DNA from: Deinococcus sp.
GTDB taxonomy: Bacteria > Deinococcota > Deinococci > Deinococcales > Deinococcaceae
Length of the DNA stretch: 64,000 bases
Assembly (NCBI GenBank): GCA_965261005.1
Contig: OZ253375.1
Span: forward strand, 2,272,001 to 2,336,000
Direction of reading: 5' to 3'
Shown here: positions 22,583 to 32,592 of the stretch, piece after piece
How the letters are laid out: each line of letters opens with the position of its first letter
Position numbering within the stretch: position 1 is the stretch's first letter
The notes under the pieces: generated by a model
Databases searched by the model: none
The model's input: the letters and a program-made list of their open reading frames with translations, nothing else
What the model was told of the DNA's origin: nothing
Position numbers and translations under genes: made by a program

Positions 22583-23655
22583 AGGGCCTGATCCTCTCGG
22601 GCGGCAAGGGCACCCGGCTGCGCCCGCTGACCCACACCCGCGCCAAGCAGCTGGTGCCTATCGGCAACAAGGCGAATCTCGACTACGCGGTCGAAGACTT
22701 GGTGGCCTGCGGCGTGCGTGACATCGTGGTGGTGGTCTCCCCCGAGACGGGCGGGGAGGTGCGCGCCCACTTGGGCGACGGCGAGCGCTTCGGTGCGGCC
22801 TTCGAGTACGCCTTGCAGGACCGCCCGGCCGGCCTTGCCCACGCCGTCAAGATTGCCCGGCCGCTGCTCGGCGACGACCCCTTCGTGATGTACCTGGGGG
22901 ACAATTTGCTCGCCGGCGGCATCAATCACCTGACCGAGCGTTACGCGCAGGGCGACGTGGACGCCTGCCTGCTGCTGATGGAAGTCCCCAACCCGCAGGC
23001 CTTTGGGGTCGCCGTGCTGGACGAGGCGGGCCGTATCGTGCGCCTGGTTGAGAAGCCGCCGGACTTCATTAGCCCCTTCGCCCTCGTCGGCGTTTACTTG
23101 TTCAGCCCCAGAATCCACGAGGTGATCGAGACCCTGACGCCTAGCCCGCGCGGTGAGTACGAGATCACCGACGCCATTCAGGGCTTACTCGACGGCGGGC
23201 ACCGCGTCTGGGCCGAGACGGTGCGCGGCTGGTGGAAGGACACCGGCAAGCCCGAGGACTTGCTGGACGCCAACCGCCTGGTGCTGTCGCGCCTGACGCG
23301 GCGCGTCTGCGGTGAGGTGGAAGGCAGCGAGCTGGTCGGCGAGGTCGAGGTGATGGCGGGCGCGACCGTGCGGCGCTCCCGCCTGCGCGGCCCGGTCAGC
23401 ATTGCGAGGGGCGCCCTGATCGAGGACGCCTACGTCGGCCCGTACACCAGCGTTGGCGAAAACGCCGTCGTGCAGCACGCCGAGATCGAGTACAGCATCC
23501 TGATGCCGGGCAGCCGCGTCACCAACTTGTCGCGCCGCTTGGATTCGAGCATTCTCGGCGAGCAGGCCAGGGTCGAGGGCCGGGTGCGCCGCTCGCAGAC
23601 CTACCAGGTTTTTCTGGGCGACCGCTCGACCGTGATCGTGGACGGTGAGGCGTGA
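22579..23655 (+). CDS. rmlA: Glucose-1-phosphate thymidylyltransferase (long form)
   Basis: LSGGKGTRLRPLT, GLAHAV, YLGDN, EKP, GEYEITDAI, C-terminal beta-helix. Confidence 0.93.
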   Translation: MKGLILSGGKGTRLRPLTHTRAKQLVPIGNKANLDYAVEDLVACGVRDIVVVVSPETGGEVRAHLGDGERFGAAFEYALQDRPAGLAHAVKIARPLLGDDPFVMYLGDNLLAGGINHLTERYAQGDVDACLLLMEVPNPQAFGVAVLDEAGRIVRLVEKPPDFISPFALVGVYLFSPRIHEVIETLTPSPRGEYEITDAIQGLLDGGHRVWAETVRGWWKDTGKPEDLLDANRLVLSRLTRRVCGEVEGSELVGEVEVMAGATVRRSRLRGPVSIARGALIEDAYVGPYTSVGENAVVQHAEIEYSILMPGSRVTNLSRRLDSSILGEQARVEGRVRRSQTYQVFLGDRSTVIVDGEA

Positions 23656-24191
23656 AGGTGGAGCTTGCCCCCGAGTACGCCCGGGCGCTCACCTTCGAGA
23701 CCTACCCGCCCGCCCCGATGATCGAGGGCGTTTGGACACATCCCCTGCGCAAGAACCGCTCCGAGAACGGCGCCTTTATGGAGTATGTGCGGCTGGACGG
23801 CTCGGGCGTGCAAGGTCTGCCGGGGCAGCTGACCCCCCGCCAGATCAGCGTGTCGTGGGCGGCGCCGGAGCGCATCAACGCCTTTCACATTCACGTCTTG
23901 GAGGAGCAGAACGAAATCTGGTGCGTGCTGTCCGGTCAGCTGACGGTCTGGCTGGTGGACTGCCGCGCGGGGTCTTCCAGCTTGAATGTGAAACGCAAGC
24001 TGGTGCTTTCAGGAGAGCAGCCGACGCTGGTGTATATCCCTTCTGGGGTGGCGCACGGCTACCAAGCGGGCACGGCCGGTGCTACCTTGCTGTATGCGAT
24101 GGACGCCCAGTTCAACCTGGCGGATCCGAACGAGGGGCGGCTGAGGTGGGACGCTTTTGGGCCGGAGTTGTGGGAAGAGGACCGGGGTTAA
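23652..24191 (+). CDS. rmlC: dTDP-4-dehydrorhamnose 3,5-epimerase family protein
   Basis: NAFHIH, VDCR, YIPSGVAHGY; last gene of the rml block. Confidence 0.82.
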   Translation: MKVELAPEYARALTFETYPPAPMIEGVWTHPLRKNRSENGAFMEYVRLDGSGVQGLPGQLTPRQISVSWAAPERINAFHIHVLEEQNEIWCVLSGQLTVWLVDCRAGSSSLNVKRKLVLSGEQPTLVYIPSGVAHGYQAGTAGATLLYAMDAQFNLADPNEGRLRWDAFGPELWEEDRG

Positions 24192-24245
24192 CTTGTCTCG
24201 TTTTCAAGCGTTGCGAATCAATTCTTGCGTCAAGAATAAAAACTT

Positions 24246-25529
24246 GTGGACTTAGAATCAAAGTCGCCTTTGGCTATACCAAGCATTCGGAAAAATGTTT
24301 CCGCGCTGTACGCTGTACAGATCGTCCGTTATATTTTTCCTTTGTTGTCCGTGCCATTTCTGGCACGGGTATTAGGACCCCAGGCTTGGGGAACCGTTCT
24401 TGTTGCTCAGGCGGTCTATTTATGGGGAGCTTTGGTCGTTGAATATGGATTTAATTTGTCGGCAACCCGTGAAATTGCCAAACTTAGGGCTACGCCACAC
24501 TTGCTGCCTGAATTTATAGCGAATGTACAGGGTGCAAAGCTGCTCCTCTCTCTTTTTTCGATGACTTTCGTTCTGATGCCTTTTTATATGTCTCCAGCCT
24601 TGCGTGATGTTCCAGCCACTATTTTATTCTCTTGGTTAGCGGCCGTATCTCTTGGCCTGCAACCAATTTGGTATTTTCAAGGCTTGGAGCGCATGGTACA
24701 CTCTTCTCTTACGGACGTTTTTGGACAAGTGCTGTATATTCTGGGAGTATTTGCTTTCGTCAAGGATGCACACGATGGTTGGAAAGTTCTACTAATGCTG
24801 TTTCTGGCAAATTTATTTACAGCTGTTTATCTTAATATGAGTATGTATAAAGATGTTTCGCTGGTGCTTCCAAGCTTTACGGGTGTCCGACATGTTTTAC
24901 GTGAAGGGGCTTCACTTTTCATATTTAGGAGCGCGGCTAGTTTTTACAGTAGTGCAAATATTTTTGTGTTAAGCTTACTTTCTGCTCCCTCTGTTGTATC
25001 TTCATTTGGTGGAGCAGAGCGAATCAACAGAAGTCTATTGGGTTTGTTTAGTCCAGTTTCACAAGCTCTTTTTCCGCGACTTAGCAACTTAATGTTTACC
25101 GATATGAACAAAGCAGCTTCTCTGGTTCGTCGCAGCTTATACGTTATCGTTTCAATAGGAATCGCATCTACGATATTTGTTTATTTTTTCTCTCGTTGGA
25201 TTGTAACATTCTTGCTTGGAGGGGCTTATATGTCTGCTGTGCCTATTTTAAAAGTTCTATCTTTACTAGTGCCTATTATAGCACTCAGTAATGCTCTCGG
25301 TGTTCAGTGGATGCTACCTATGAAATTAGACAGACAATTTAATGTTATAATTATTTCTGCCGGTATTTTAAATTTGATCTTGGCATTCTTTCTAGGGAAA
25401 CGATTCGGCGCTTTGGGTATGGCTTGGGCGGTGGTTACCTCTGAAGCTCTAGTATCTATTTCCATGTTTTCATACCTGAGTAAGAACAAGATAAGCCCTT
25501 TTGTAAAGTACCAATCTGAAACGAAATAG
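24246..25529 (+). CDS. wzx: Wzx-type flippase 2 (AT-rich)
   Basis: KNVSALY, PFLARVLG, EYGFNLSATREI, WYFQGLE. Confidence 0.88.
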   Translation: MDLESKSPLAIPSIRKNVSALYAVQIVRYIFPLLSVPFLARVLGPQAWGTVLVAQAVYLWGALVVEYGFNLSATREIAKLRATPHLLPEFIANVQGAKLLLSLFSMTFVLMPFYMSPALRDVPATILFSWLAAVSLGLQPIWYFQGLERMVHSSLTDVFGQVLYILGVFAFVKDAHDGWKVLLMLFLANLFTAVYLNMSMYKDVSLVLPSFTGVRHVLREGASLFIFRSAASFYSSANIFVLSLLSAPSVVSSFGGAERINRSLLGLFSPVSQALFPRLSNLMFTDMNKAASLVRRSLYVIVSIGIASTIFVYFFSRWIVTFLLGGAYMSAVPILKVLSLLVPIIALSNALGVQWMLPMKLDRQFNVIIISAGILNLILAFFLGKRFGALGMAWAVVTSEALVSISMFSYLSKNKISPFVKYQSETK

Positions 25530-25541
25530 TTGGGAGGAAAC

Positions 25542-26726
25542 GTGGCCTCTATACGCTTTGTTGTTCCAGGAGTCGCTGCAAAAAAATTCAGTGGCGGGCT
25601 GTTATGTGTTTTCGAGTACGCGAATGGCTTACAGGACATGGGTCATAATGTTGTCATCACTCCTCTTGTGGAGAGCGAAACTCCTTTATGGTTCAGCCCG
25701 CGATTCAACTTAGATAAGCGTGAACCCAAAGTATTTGGACGTCCGTTAGAGATTTTTCGGAATGTCGCCAAATACCTAAGATATAGAGATCAAGAAAGCA
25801 AGGCTGTTTTAAGGCAAAGTGTTGTCGCCGTCAATCATCTGACGGCCAAGTATGGGGGATACAATTATGCCCGAGCAAGGGCGATGGAGCGCTTCAGACT
25901 TCTTCCAATGGAGTCGGATATAACCATAGCGACTTCGTTCGAAACGGCGCTCCCTGTGGCTGTATATGGAGCTGGCAAAAAGTTTTATTTTATGCAGCAT
26001 TATGAGCCTCTTTGCGTATTAGATTACGATCGTGCTGAGGAAGCAAGATTAGACGCTGAACTTACTTATCACCTTCCTCTTCGACCGATTGCGAACTCCT
26101 CTTGGCTCAGAAATCAACTTCAAGAGAAACATAACAGGAATGATACGAAACTAAACTGCAACGCAATAGATCATAATATCTTTTTTCCAGATGGTCACCC
26201 GCCTGAGAGCAACATAGCCTTTGTAGTTATTAGTTACGGTGGACGTAATGTAACCTGGAAAGGATTTCGGGAGGCGGCGGAGGCGATACGTGAAGCCAAG
26301 CAGTACTTACCAAATCTGGAGTGGAGAGTTTACGGTGATGCGCTGCTCCCGCCGGACAATAGTATTGCTCCTTATACTCACCTAGGTTTTATCACCGGAG
26401 AAGCCTTGCGCCGGGCTTATTCTCAGTCTCATGTCACGCTCTGCCCATCCTGGTACGAAAGCTTTCCTCTCTTTCCACTTGAGGCCATGGCTTGTGGCTC
26501 TGTCGTGGTGACAACGCCGTTCGGTGTCGAGGACTATGTGACGGACGGACAGAATGCTCTCGTCGTTCCTCCGCGCGATCCACGGGCAATGGCCGAGGCG
26601 CTGCTGCGCCTCGCAAATGACCAGCAGCTCAGAGAACGTTTGCGGCAAGCTGCGCTCATAGAGGCAAGTAAATTTACTTGGGGCCGCGCCATCAAAAATT
26701 TTAGCGGCAACATATTCTATGATTAA
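25542..26726 (+). CDS. GT4 glycosyltransferase
   Basis: SGGLLCVFEYAN, FMQHYEP, ESFPLFPLEAMACG; GGAGG before GTG. Confidence 0.85.
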   Translation: MASIRFVVPGVAAKKFSGGLLCVFEYANGLQDMGHNVVITPLVESETPLWFSPRFNLDKREPKVFGRPLEIFRNVAKYLRYRDQESKAVLRQSVVAVNHLTAKYGGYNYARARAMERFRLLPMESDITIATSFETALPVAVYGAGKKFYFMQHYEPLCVLDYDRAEEARLDAELTYHLPLRPIANSSWLRNQLQEKHNRNDTKLNCNAIDHNIFFPDGHPPESNIAFVVISYGGRNVTWKGFREAAEAIREAKQYLPNLEWRVYGDALLPPDNSIAPYTHLGFITGEALRRAYSQSHVTLCPSWYESFPLFPLEAMACGSVVVTTPFGVEDYVTDGQNALVVPPRDPRAMAEALLRLANDQQLRERLRQAALIEASKFTWGRAIKNFSGNIFYD

Positions 26727-27987
26727 AGTAGATGGGCTTGGTAGTTTTAAGCAATTCAGTTTTAATTTATATTACGTGCCATATCAAATTTTACTAATTG
26801 GGTTTATGATTTTACCCTTCTCTACTGGAATAGAAAGCGGATTAGTAATATCGCCGGGCCTACCATTAATAATCTTAGCAGTGTTGGTTATTATGATTAC
26901 AAGACATAAAATGCATTTTGCTGGGAAATTTTATTTGATAACCATACTTATTTTAGTGATATTTGCTTTTACAAACCTTTTTACCTCTTTTGTTTCTATA
27001 GATGCCCCATCTTCTTTGTGGAGATCTAGCCTAAACGTATTAGGCTTGCTTATATTTATAATCTTTATTCATTATGATAAGTTTAAACTTGACAAAAGGA
27101 AGTTTTTAGCAAGAATTATAGTAAGCTACGGTACAATGATAAGCTCATATTACATTATAAACTTCATTTTTCAGGCTATTAAATATGGTCTTGGCAGGGT
27201 TTTGTTGGAGCGATTTGTCGGTGGTCTTGCATCACTTCCTTGGGGAGCTTCGAACGTCATCGCGGCCTGTTTACTCATGGCGACAATTGTGGCTTGTGTA
27301 GAGTATTTAAAAACCCAACGAAATAGCCTTGCTGTAAGTATAATCATTATGAGTCTGGCGATACTCTTGACCTTTTCTAGAACAGTCGGTATAGTTTTCA
27401 TGCTGTTTTTATTCGGATTCGTTATAATAAGTCGTAAAATCAAATTAGTTTTGACCTTAATATTGTTGGTAGGTATAACTATTTATGTGACTATCTCAGA
27501 TTTAACTCGTGGCAGTAGCAGTGACTTGTCTAACTTCTTGAGCGAGCGCCTGGGAAATACTGATTTGAATAATGCCAATGGTAGATACGACATTTGGTCA
27601 TCATTTATGTCATATTATATTGATCATCCGCTCAGCATAAATGGCTATTACAGTTCTCTTGAAAAATTTGGCTACAGTGGACATAATATTATTCTTACAA
27701 CCCTGGTTGAGCAAGGGATGTTTGGAGTAATAGCACTACTCCTGTTAACAAATTTACTCCTTTATTCTATATGGCAAATGCTCAAACGAATTAAAACACG
27801 GCGTGAGGGCATCTTACTTTTACTCGGTTTTATATGCATTGTGATAGGGTTACAATTTGAAGATCCTAATTTTACTCAACAATACATTCTTATGTTCTGG
27901 CTATTTATTACGTATATACTCATCGTGAAAGGGGATGGCCGAAATGCAGGGAATGTCCATAGTTATAGTGAACTGGAATGGCGCTAG
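26719..27987 (+). CDS. Wzy/O-antigen-ligase-family membrane protein (very AT-rich)
   Basis: Multi-TM, TFSR, NGRYDIW, GHNIIL, EQG. Confidence 0.75.
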   Translation: MIKVDGLGSFKQFSFNLYYVPYQILLIGFMILPFSTGIESGLVISPGLPLIILAVLVIMITRHKMHFAGKFYLITILILVIFAFTNLFTSFVSIDAPSSLWRSSLNVLGLLIFIIFIHYDKFKLDKRKFLARIIVSYGTMISSYYIINFIFQAIKYGLGRVLLERFVGGLASLPWGASNVIAACLLMATIVACVEYLKTQRNSLAVSIIIMSLAILLTFSRTVGIVFMLFLFGFVIISRKIKLVLTLILLVGITIYVTISDLTRGSSSDLSNFLSERLGNTDLNNANGRYDIWSSFMSYYIDHPLSINGYYSSLEKFGYSGHNIILTTLVEQGMFGVIALLLLTNLLLYSIWQMLKRIKTRREGILLLLGFICIVIGLQFEDPNFTQQYILMFWLFITYILIVKGDGRNAGNVHSYSELEWR

Positions 27988-28885
27988 TTTGCTCTCCGAA
28001 TGTATTGGGCGGCTAATTACCAGTAAATCAATTCTAGAAATCATTATAGTAGATAATAACTCAACTGATGGCTCTAAAAATTTAATAGAAATCCTAAGAT
28101 GCGAATCTGAAAAAATTGTTCCCGTTTATAGCAGCGTAAACTTAGGATTTGCACGTGGATGTAACCTTGGCACCTTGCTTTCTAAAGGGGAATATGTCCT
28201 TTTTCTAAACGCAGATGTTATTGTTTCTAGCAAAACCTTAGAGAACGCTCTAGGAATTATAGAAAGAAATCATTATGGTGCTCTTGGCATTAGGCTTACC
28301 AAGAATGATGGTGAAATTCATCGTTCTTGCTCTCGTTTTCCCACTTTATTATCTATGATAGCCCAGAGCGTTGGGCTGAACAAATTATCTATTTTTAGAA
28401 AAACTGGTTATGTTATGGATGAATGGGGTCATGACTCAAGTTCTTATGTTGATCATGTTATCGGAGCTTTCTATTTGGTGAGTAGAAACACCCTCTTTGA
28501 AATCGGTGGAATGGACGAAAGCTATTTTGTATATTTTGAAGATTTGGATCTATCACTAAGGATAGCCAATTCTGGTAGAAAAGTATATTATGATGCTAAT
28601 TTATCTGCATATCATGAAGGTGGTGGGAGTTCAAAGAGCGTCAAAGCAGTTCGTCTAAGCTATGCGCTTTTGAGCAGAATCATTTATGTTTTCAAAAATA
28701 TGGGAAATACAAAAGGGTATCTCCATATAATATTTGTTTTCACTATAGAATACATGCTGCGTATACTTCAAAACTTAGCAGCATTTGATCCTGCTGGTTT
28801 AGAAAGTACACTACAAGCTTATAAAATCGTGATTCAACGTTTCCCAGAAACTATTCGAAAGGCGACGGCGTCGGGTATGGGATGA
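27935..28885 (+). CDS. GT2 glycosyltransferase
   Basis: IVNWN, VDNNSTDGS, FLNAD, FEDLD; start may be a few codons later. Confidence 0.87.
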   Translation: MAEMQGMSIVIVNWNGASLLSECIGRLITSKSILEIIIVDNNSTDGSKNLIEILRCESEKIVPVYSSVNLGFARGCNLGTLLSKGEYVLFLNADVIVSSKTLENALGIIERNHYGALGIRLTKNDGEIHRSCSRFPTLLSMIAQSVGLNKLSIFRKTGYVMDEWGHDSSSYVDHVIGAFYLVSRNTLFEIGGMDESYFVYFEDLDLSLRIANSGRKVYYDANLSAYHEGGGSSKSVKAVRLSYALLSRIIYVFKNMGNTKGYLHIIFVFTIEYMLRILQNLAAFDPAGLESTLQAYKIVIQRFPETIRKATASGMG

Positions 28886-29934
28886 TTCGTATTCTCACCC
28901 TCATCCCTTACCCAATCGAGGGCGCTAGCCCCAGGTTTCGGGCTTATGCGTATAAGGAACCGCTGAGGGAGCACGGTATAGATCTCGATATTCACCCCTT
29001 CATGACCCGGTCGGTATTCCATGCCTGGATGTCAAGCCGTCGGCTCACCCCACCAACGCTGGTGGGATTAGGGCGCGCCGCTTGTGCCCGGGTCGTCACC
29101 GCCTTGAAAGCGCGACGCTACGACGTGATCTGGATTCAGCGGCAAACCGCCCCCGCGCTTCGCAGCGTTTTCGATGAACTCTTCATCCGCAGCGGTGTTC
29201 CCATCGTTTTTGATATGGACGACGCCGTTTTTCTGGAATATCCGATCGAGCATCTCTTACGCGCCAGCCATGCGACAACGGTTGGCAACAGGCACTTGGC
29301 CCGCTACGCCGAGACAGTGGCTCCGAGAACGAGAACCGTGGTGGTGCCAACCGTCCTCGACATGCGGGTGTACCAACCCACGGCCCACCGAACGGATGAT
29401 CCACCCGTGGTGGGCTGGATCGGGACCAAGTCGTCTTTTGAACGCTATCTTGAGCCGATGCTCGCTCCCATCGCTCAAACTTGCCGTGAACACGGAGCCG
29501 TTTTGGAGGTCGTGGCTTCCGACGGTGAACGGGCCGCAACAGAGGCAGTCGGAGGCCGGTTCGTTCCGTGGTCACTCGAAGGCGAACGTTCTGCACTGCG
29601 ACACTTCGACATCGGGATCATGCCGCTCTTTGACGATGCTTACGCCCGCGGCAAGTGCGCGTTCAAGCTCATCGAGTATGGCGCCGTCGGGATTGCCAGC
29701 GTTGGCTCGCGGGTTGGCGCCAACAGCGAGGTGATCGAGCACGGCGTGACAGGATTGCTCGCGAATGGCACCGAGGAGTTTCAGCGCCAGCTGGCCCAGC
29801 TCATTCATCATCCAGAACTCAGGGACAATATGGGAAGCGCGGCGCGCAAACGCGTGGCGAGCAGGTACAGCGTGCAATCGCAAACTCCTGTTCTGGCCGA
29901 CTTGTTCCGGCAGCTCGCCGGCACGAGCGTTTAG
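28882..29934 (+). CDS. GT4 glycosyltransferase
   Basis: ASPRFR, FDMDDA, GWIG, GKCAFKLIEY. Confidence 0.85.
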   Translation: MIRILTLIPYPIEGASPRFRAYAYKEPLREHGIDLDIHPFMTRSVFHAWMSSRRLTPPTLVGLGRAACARVVTALKARRYDVIWIQRQTAPALRSVFDELFIRSGVPIVFDMDDAVFLEYPIEHLLRASHATTVGNRHLARYAETVAPRTRTVVVPTVLDMRVYQPTAHRTDDPPVVGWIGTKSSFERYLEPMLAPIAQTCREHGAVLEVVASDGERAATEAVGGRFVPWSLEGERSALRHFDIGIMPLFDDAYARGKCAFKLIEYGAVGIASVGSRVGANSEVIEHGVTGLLANGTEEFQRQLAQLIHHPELRDNMGSAARKRVASRYSVQSQTPVLADLFRQLAGTSV

Positions 29935-29936
29935 GC

Positions 29937-31079
29937 ATGGGTTTGAGTCTCGAAACAAATGCCAACAAACAAGACGGCACGAAGCCAAGGATCGCCATCG
30001 TCGTGACGTTGCCCATTATCGGCGGGGCACAGACGCACATTCTGGACCTGGTCAAAGAACTTGCCGAAGAGTATGAGTTCCACGTTATTTCGGGGTTCTC
30101 AGGCCCTTTGTTAGACCGCCTGAAGTCAATGGAGGTAAAGACGTATATAGCGCCGAATTTGATTCGTTCTATTCATCCACTCAAAGACTACAAAGCCATG
30201 TCCGAAATCGCCGGTTTGCTGAGAAGGATTCGGCCGGATATTGTTCACCTCCATTCGTCCAAGGCGGGCATTGTCGGCCGGGCGGTCGCGGCTGCTCTGG
30301 GCATTCCCGTCGTGTTTACGGTCCATGGCTGGGCCTTTACCGAGGGCGCCCCGCCGCTCAACCGGCTCATTGGCTGGGTTTTGGAGTTTTGCCTCGCGCC
30401 CCTTGCGAGCGAAATGATCGCGGTATCACGTTATGACGCACAGTTGGCAAAGCGTCTCCATGTGGCGGTCGGTCTGCGCTTGACCGTCGTTCACAGCGGC
30501 ATTCCTGACATTGTTTCGCCGAAGAAACCGCAGCATACTCCCATGGTTCTGGGCGTCATGGTGGCGCGCTTTTCGCCTCCGAAGGATCAGCAACTTGTGC
30601 TTCGGGCGCTTGCTCAAGTGCCGGACTTGCAGCTGATGTTCGTGGGAGGGGGCGAGTTGTTGGAGGAAAGCAAGGTGCTTGCCCTGGAACTTGGCGTGTG
30701 GGACCGGGTCACCTTTGTCGGCGAGGCGTCTGACGTCACGCCCTATCTCTGGGCGGCCGACTTCTTCGCGCTGGCCTCGCGTTATGAGGGCTTTCCCATC
30801 GTCATTCTGGAGGCGATGCGGGCGGGATTGCCCGTGCTGGCCAGCGACGTTGGGGGTGTATCCGAGGCGGTGGATCGCTGGGAGACCGGTCTGTTGATCG
30901 GTAAGGACTCGCTCGAACAATGGATTGACGCGTTGCGGCGGATAAAAGACAACCGGGAGCTGCGTCAGCGCATGGGTCTGGCTGGCCGCCGCCGGTACGA
31001 AAAAGCGTTTTTGGTGAGCGAAATGGCTGACCAGGTGCGCGCCGTGTATGAGCGCAACAGGCTTGGAAGAAATCCATGA
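29937..31079 (+). CDS. GT4 glycosyltransferase
   Basis: GGAQ, HSSKAG, VFTVHGW, EGFPIVILEAM. Confidence 0.88.
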   Translation: MGLSLETNANKQDGTKPRIAIVVTLPIIGGAQTHILDLVKELAEEYEFHVISGFSGPLLDRLKSMEVKTYIAPNLIRSIHPLKDYKAMSEIAGLLRRIRPDIVHLHSSKAGIVGRAVAAALGIPVVFTVHGWAFTEGAPPLNRLIGWVLEFCLAPLASEMIAVSRYDAQLAKRLHVAVGLRLTVVHSGIPDIVSPKKPQHTPMVLGVMVARFSPPKDQQLVLRALAQVPDLQLMFVGGGELLEESKVLALELGVWDRVTFVGEASDVTPYLWAADFFALASRYEGFPIVILEAMRAGLPVLASDVGGVSEAVDRWETGLLIGKDSLEQWIDALRRIKDNRELRQRMGLAGRRRYEKAFLVSEMADQVRAVYERNRLGRNP

Positions 31080-31942
31080 CCCGCTATATCGTCACGGGGG
31101 CGGGCGGCAACACGGGGAGCCAAGTTTTTCGCTCACTCGCGAAAGACGCGGCGCGATCGGTGATCGGCTTGGTTCACTCTGAGCATGATGTTGTCCGGCT
31201 GCGCGCCGAAGGTTATGAGGCCCTACGCGTGGACTTGCTTCAACCTGAGAGCGTCGCCCGGTTGTTTTCGCCGGCAGATGTGTTGGTGGAAACGGCGAAC
31301 GTGCGCTTCGCGCGGCGGCTGTTGCCGGAGTTGGAAAGAGTAGGTGTAAGACGTGCGTTCTGCGTCACGACCACGGGAATCTTTTCAAAGTATAATCAGT
31401 ACTCCGAAATTTATGTCAGGTCCGAGCAGGAGATGCGCGAAAGCAACGTCGACGTGACCATTCTGCGTCCGAGCATGATTTACGGCAACGAGCGCGATAA
31501 GAATATGCACCGACTCTTAAGGTTTTTGAAACACTCTCCTGTCTATCCTCTCTTCGGCGAGGGAAATGCCCTGATGCAGCCAGTACACGTTGAGGATTTG
31601 TCAGATGGCATTGCGCGGGCTGTACGCGAAGATGTGTCTGGGGAATTCAACTTGGCTGGCCCCACTCCCCAGACGTACCGCCAAATTCTCGACCTCGCTT
31701 GTCGCGCCCTCGGCAAGTCCGTCCACTTTTTGCCGGTTTCGCACGACTTTACGGTTCGGCTGATGACGCTGTTCGAACGCGTCCCGGCGTTTCCCATCAC
31801 GCGAGAGCAGGTGCTACGGTTGCAGGAGGACAAAGCTTTTGACATTTCGTCCTCGCGTGCGGCCTTGAACTTTGCGCCTCGGCCTTTCGAACAGGGCGTT
31901 CGGGAAGAGGTGGAACGCTTGCAGTCGCTGGGTATGCTTTGA
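31076..31942 (+). CDS. NAD-dependent epimerase/dehydratase (atypical SDR)
   Basis: VTGAGGNTG, LRPSMIYG, QPVHVEDL. Confidence 0.78.
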   Translation: MTRYIVTGAGGNTGSQVFRSLAKDAARSVIGLVHSEHDVVRLRAEGYEALRVDLLQPESVARLFSPADVLVETANVRFARRLLPELERVGVRRAFCVTTTGIFSKYNQYSEIYVRSEQEMRESNVDVTILRPSMIYGNERDKNMHRLLRFLKHSPVYPLFGEGNALMQPVHVEDLSDGIARAVREDVSGEFNLAGPTPQTYRQILDLACRALGKSVHFLPVSHDFTVRLMTLFERVPAFPITREQVLRLQEDKAFDISSSRAALNFAPRPFEQGVREEVERLQSLGML

Positions 31943-31943
31943 C

Positions 31944-32537
31944 ATGAACGCGCGTCAGCAGCGGTACGTCATCTATGAAAAGCGCTGCCTCGACGTGCTG
32001 GGCGCCCTCATTCTGCTGATGCTGGGAGCGCCGGTGCTGGCGCTGATCGCGGCGGCCGTTTTTCTTGACGATCCGGGCCGCGTCTTGTTCGTGCAGGAGC
32101 GCGCGGGGCGCAACCACATCCCCTTCCGGATTTATAAATTCCGCACCATGCGCGAGGGCACTCCCTCCGTCTCCACAGAGGACCTGTTGCGCCTTGGGAT
32201 CAGTCCCTATACCCGGCTTGGCCCCTGGCTGCGCCGCAGCAGCCTCGACGAGTTGCCACAGCTTCTGAACGTGCTGCGCGGCGAGATGAGCTTTGTCGGT
32301 CCGCGTCCGGCCCTGACGTCACAAGATCGGGTGTTGCGGTTGCGAGCGCAGACTGGCGTGACGGCCCTGCGTCCAGGACTTACCGGCTTGGCGCAGGTTG
32401 AGGGCCGTGACGACCTCGACGACCTCACCAAGGTCTTCAAAGACACCCGTTACTTGCATGCGGTGGGGTGGCAGACGGATATGCTCTTACTGGCCCGAAC
32501 CCTGAGCGCGGTTCTGGGAGGCAAGGGGACGAAATGA
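31944..32537 (+). CDS. Small phosphoglycosyl transferase (PglC-like sugar transferase)
   Basis: [35 protein letters not shown]. Confidence 0.9.
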   Translation: MNARQQRYVIYEKRCLDVLGALILLMLGAPVLALIAAAVFLDDPGRVLFVQERAGRNHIPFRIYKFRTMREGTPSVSTEDLLRLGISPYTRLGPWLRRSSLDELPQLLNVLRGEMSFVGPRPALTSQDRVLRLRAQTGVTALRPGLTGLAQVEGRDDLDDLTKVFKDTRYLHAVGWQTDMLLLARTLSAVLGGKGTK

Positions 32538-32592
32538 ACACGCGATTTGTATACTTTGTCAACGGAGCCGGTTCGGCCGAAAGACAGAGCTT

